DNA from: Gammaproteobacteria bacterium
GTDB lineage: Bacteria > Pseudomonadota > Gammaproteobacteria > Natronospirales > REEB76
Length of the DNA: 64,000 bases
Reading direction: 5' to 3'
Assembly: GCA_035691665.1 (NCBI GenBank)
Contig: DASSIS010000089.1
Span: 3,145 to 67,144 of the forward strand
This document shows positions 60,834 to 64,000 of this stretch, one piece after another. How positions within the stretch are numbered: position 1 is the stretch's first letter; the number at the start of each line of letters is the position of its first letter. The position numbers and the translations under genes are program-made. The notes under the pieces were generated by a model. That model had not been told where the DNA came from. It made no database searches and saw only the letters and a list, made by a program, of their open reading frames with translations.

Positions 60834-60841
60834 CAGCATCC

Positions 60842-62122
60842 ATGCACATCCTCATCGTCGATCACTCGAAGGTGGTGCGCACCGTCTGGAACAAGATGGT
60901 GGCCGACCTCGGCCATCAGAGCCTCACGGTGGAGAATGCCGAGGAAGCGCTCGAGGTGATGCAGGGCCAGCAGGTGGAGTTCATCTGCGCCTCGCTCTCG
61001 CTCCCGGGCATGAACGGCATCGCGCTCTGCCGCCAGGTGCGGTCCCTGCCCAAGCATCACAAGACCCCTTTCATCCTGCTCACCTCCACCCAGGACAGGA
61101 CCCTGCGCCAGGAGGCCTTCGAGGCCGGGGTCACCGAGATCCAGGAGAAGATGGACAAGGAGCAGCTCGAGGCACGCCTCAAGCAATACCTGTCCGAAGA
61201 GCAGCATGAACTCACCGCCCGTGTGCTCTATATCGAGGACAGCATGGTGGCGGCGCACGTGATGATCAAGATCCTGCGCCACATGAACCTCAAGGTGGAC
61301 CACTTCCGCAGCGCCGACGAGGCGCTGGTGGCCTTCGAGAAGCACGACTACGACCTGATCGTGAGCGACATCCTGCTGGAAGGCGTGATGAGCGGCGTGG
61401 GCCTGGTGAACCGGGTGCGCAGCTACCTCTCCGACAAGCGCCGCGTGCCGATCCTCGCGCTCTCCGGCATGGACGAGACCACGCGCCGCATCGAGCTCTT
61501 CCGCCTCGGCGTCAACGACTACATCGCCAAGCCACCCGTCGAGGAAGAGGTGCGGGCGCGGGTACGCAACCTCATCATCAGCAAGCAGCTCTTCGACCGG
61601 GTGCAGGCGCAATCGCGCCAGCTCTACCAGCTCGCCATGCAGGACCAGCTCACCGGCATCTACAACCGCACCGGGCTGAACGAGTTCGCCCCCAAGTACT
61701 TCACGGAAGCGGTCGAGAACGACCTGCCCCTGAGCCTCATGCTCATCGACCTGGATCACTTCAAGAGCATCAACGACACCCACGGCCACACCGTGGGCGA
61801 CAAGGTGCTGGCGCTGACCAGCGCCCTGCTCAAGTCCGCCTGTCGCGAGGGCGACCTGGTGGCGCGGGTAGGCGGAGAGGAGTTCGTGCTCCTCATGGGC
61901 CAGTGCGGCGTGGAGGAGGCCGCGCGCTATGCCGAGAAGATCCGCAAGGACATCGAGAAGCTCAAGCCGGACGGCATCAGCGTCACCGCCAGCATCGGCG
62001 TCAGCGCGCGCCCCCTGGGTAAGGACCTGAACTTCGACGACCTCTTCAAGGCCGCCGACCGCGCCGTGTATGAAGCCAAGAACCAGGGCCGCAACCGTGT
62101 GGTGACTATGCTATATAACTGA
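60842..62122 (+). CDS. PleD-like response regulator diguanylate cyclase (REC-REC-GGDEF)
   Basis: Two receiver domains (MHILIVDHS...; VLYIEDS...DLIVSDILLEG) precede a GGDEF domain (RVGGEEFVLLM). Confidence 0.9.
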   Translation: MHILIVDHSKVVRTVWNKMVADLGHQSLTVENAEEALEVMQGQQVEFICASLSLPGMNGIALCRQVRSLPKHHKTPFILLTSTQDRTLRQEAFEAGVTEIQEKMDKEQLEARLKQYLSEEQHELTARVLYIEDSMVAAHVMIKILRHMNLKVDHFRSADEALVAFEKHDYDLIVSDILLEGVMSGVGLVNRVRSYLSDKRRVPILALSGMDETTRRIELFRLGVNDYIAKPPVEEEVRARVRNLIISKQLFDRVQAQSRQLYQLAMQDQLTGIYNRTGLNEFAPKYFTEAVENDLPLSLMLIDLDHFKSINDTHGHTVGDKVLALTSALLKSACREGDLVARVGGEEFVLLMGQCGVEEAARYAEKIRKDIEKLKPDGISVTASIGVSARPLGKDLNFDDLFKAADRAVYEAKNQGRNRVVTMLYN

Positions 62123-62150
62123 GCCACCTGCCCCGCACCCTGGACCCGCC

Positions 62151-63284
62151 ATGTCAGACAGCAAGCAGCATTTCGAGACCACCTGTGTCCACGCCGGGCG
62201 CGACCCGGACCCCGCCAGCGGCGGCGTGAGTCCCGCCATCCAGCTTTCCACCACCTTCGAACGCGGCGCCGACGGGCAATACCCACGGGGCTACAACTAT
62301 TCGCGCGGCGGCAACCCGAACCGCGCGCAGTTGGAGGCCTGCCTCGCCGCCCTCGATGGCGGCGCCGCGGCACTGGCCTTCGGCTCCGGCAGCGCTGCCG
62401 TGAGCGCGGTGTTCCAGGCCCTGAGACCCGGCGACCACGTGGTCTGCACCCAGGATGCCTACCACGGCGTGCTGCGCGTCCTGCGTGAAGTCATGGTCGG
62501 TTGGAACCTCAGGGTGACCTATGTGGACGCCAGCGACCTCGCCGCGCTCAAGGCCGCCGTCACGAAAGATACCCACGTCGTGTGGGTGGAGAGCCCCTCC
62601 AACCCGTTGCTCAAGCTCACCGACCTTGCCGCGGCCGCGGACATCGCACACCGGGCTGGCGCGCTCGCGGTCTGCGACAGTACCTTCGCCACGCCGGCGC
62701 TGCAGCGGCCGCTGGAACACGGCATGGACATCGTGATGCACAGCACCACCAAGTACCTGGGCGGGCACAGCGATGTGATGGGCGGCGCTCTCGTATGCCG
62801 GGCGGCGGATACCTTCACCGAGCGGCTGCGCTTCCTGCAGTCCACCATCGGCGCTGTGCCCTCACCCTTCGACTGCTGGTTGCTCCTGCGCGGCGCCACC
62901 ACCCTGCATCTCAGGGTGCGGGCCCAGTCAGCCAACGCCCAGCAGGTGGCCGAGCATCTCGCGAAGCACCCCGCGGTGGAGCAGGTGTTCTACCCGGGGC
63001 TTGCCTCACACCCCGGCCACGCGCTCGCCGCGCGCCAGATGCGGGCTTTCGGTGCCATGCTATCCTTCACGGTCCGCGGCGGCGAAGCAGCTGCCACGCG
63101 GACCGCGGCCCGGGTGAAACTTTTCACCCGCGCCACCAGTCTAGGGGGTGTGGAGAGCTTGATAGAGCACCGCGCTTCCGTGGAAGGCCCCGAGACCCGC
63201 ACCCCGCGCCACCTGTTGCGCATCTCCGTGGGGGTGGAACACCCGGCGGACCTGATCGCCGACCTCGACCAAGCGCTCTCCTGA
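62151..63284 (+). CDS. PLP-dependent trans-sulfuration enzyme (cystathionine gamma-synthase/beta- or gamma-lyase family)
   Basis: 377 aa Cys/Met-metabolism PLP family protein with STTKYLGGHSDVMGG, which carries the PLP Lys. Confidence 0.85.
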   Translation: MSDSKQHFETTCVHAGRDPDPASGGVSPAIQLSTTFERGADGQYPRGYNYSRGGNPNRAQLEACLAALDGGAAALAFGSGSAAVSAVFQALRPGDHVVCTQDAYHGVLRVLREVMVGWNLRVTYVDASDLAALKAAVTKDTHVVWVESPSNPLLKLTDLAAAADIAHRAGALAVCDSTFATPALQRPLEHGMDIVMHSTTKYLGGHSDVMGGALVCRAADTFTERLRFLQSTIGAVPSPFDCWLLLRGATTLHLRVRAQSANAQQVAEHLAKHPAVEQVFYPGLASHPGHALAARQMRAFGAMLSFTVRGGEAAATRTAARVKLFTRATSLGGVESLIEHRASVEGPETRTPRHLLRISVGVEHPADLIADLDQALS

Positions 63285-63322
63285 AACACCGATCACGGCC
63301 ATCCATATCAAAGGGAAAACCC

Positions 63323-64000
63323 ATGCCGCACCGCGTCCTCGCCTTCCTCATCGGCGCCCTCCTGGCCTTGCCCGCGTTCGCCGCCTCGGCCGCCACCGAT
63401 GGTGTACAGGGAAGTACAAGTGCCGCGGGAGGCAGGATGCCGGGAGCTGCCACTCCGGTGACACTCGAACAAATCATGGCCAACACCGACTGGATCGGTA
63501 ACCAGCCCGAGCAGGCATACTGGGGCTACGACAGCAAGAGCGTCTATTACTCCCAGAAGCGGGACGGCAGCGCCCTGCACGATCTCTACTCCGTGGATGC
63601 AGCCGGCGGTGAGGCCCACAAGCTCGGCGACAGCGATCTCGGCGGCGCCTCGGCCCCGGACGGGGACTACAACCGGACCCGCAGCTTCCACGTGTTCGTG
63701 CGCGACGACAACCTGTTCGTGCGGAACCTGCTTACCGGCAGCCTGCGCCAGCTCACGCGTTACAGCGGCAAGAAGACCGACCCGCAGTTCATGGCGGACG
63801 GCACCCACGTGCAGTGGCACGAGGACAAAGACATCTATGTCTACGACCTCAATAGCGGGGTCACCTCCCAGCCCGCCGCGATCCACCTCGCCGATGATCC
63901 GACGAAGCCCGAGGCGCCCAAGGACTACCTCCAGGCCGAACAGCCGCGCCTGTTCGACTACCTGAGCCGCGAGCAGACCAACAAGCAAGACCGCAGCGAG
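63323..64000 (+). CDS. Secreted S9-family (DPP-IV/prolyl oligopeptidase-like) peptidase, N-terminal part only
   Basis: Absent from the ORF track because it runs off the window end. ATG at 63323, signal peptide MPHRVLAFLIGALLALPAFAASA, then a beta-propeller-like N-domain (QIMANTDWIGNQPEQAYWGYDSKSVYYSQKRDG). The catalytic domain is not in the window. Confidence 0.5.
   Translation, partial: MPHRVLAFLIGALLALPAFAASAATDGVQGSTSAAGGRMPGAATPVTLEQIMANTDWIGNQPEQAYWGYDSKSVYYSQKRDGSALHDLYSVDAAGGEAHKLGDSDLGGASAPDGDYNRTRSFHVFVRDDNLFVRNLLTGSLRQLTRYSGKKTDPQFMADGTHVQWHEDKDIYVYDLNSGVTSQPAAIHLADDPTKPEAPKDYLQAEQPRLFDYLSREQTNKQDRSE

Noticed and set aside
63113-63128. Inverted repeat GGTGAAAC/TTTTCACC inside the MetB/MetC-family gene, superficially parS-like with swapped halves.
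   Set aside because: The half-site order is reversed relative to parS, and the sequence is fully explained by the coding sequence (V K L F T).

Overview
High-GC (about two-thirds G+C by eye) proteobacterial chromosomal segment. It is densely coding, and I recognised no rRNA, tRNA, CRISPR array, transposase or integrase. All calls come from reading the ORF translations against remembered family motifs; no searches were run. The left end (1-9.4 kb, minus strand) is the classic origin-proximal block atpIBEFHAGDC (atpC cut by the window edge)-parB-parA-rsmG. The usual mnmG upstream of rsmG is missing. In its place sits an orphan GspE/PilB-type secretion ATPase with a small membrane protein and a divergent HTH-transmembrane protein. 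Next, mostly on the minus strand, come a thioredoxin-NHL protein, a DDAH/APC-transporter pair, an MFS-Rieske oxygenase pair, prpBCD plus acuI, an OM beta-barrel protein, a CHASE2 Ser/Thr kinase, a PQQ-type sugar dehydrogenase operon and a secreted amidohydrolase pair in which one member has lost all metal ligands. At about 33.9 kb the coding strand flips. To the right, mostly on the plus strand, are a Kef-type antiporter, purT, a CPBP protease, yajQ, mdh, a thioesterase, fadE, a DUF3667 fusion protein, a DUF4136-dinB-gspA-gspB run, an M28 peptidase, a MetB/MetC-family enzyme and a partial S9 peptidase. Three c-di-GMP turnover genes are interspersed among these. The best candidates for something undescribed are three. 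(i) A seven-gene minus-strand envelope module at 38.8-43.5 kb: a TonB-box-like repeat protein, a YtrA-type GntR, an ABC exporter, a BON lipoprotein and two paralogous beta-helix proteins. It lies against the local gene orientation and next to a GST gene relic. (ii) The orphan GspE-like ATPase module at 9.5-12.3 kb, with phased ATTCC repeats in its divergent promoter region. (iii) A shared AT-rich motif (ATATTTAGG and variants) upstream of the GGDEF genes. Several ORF-track N-termini are over-extended, and I trimmed them to conserved starts.
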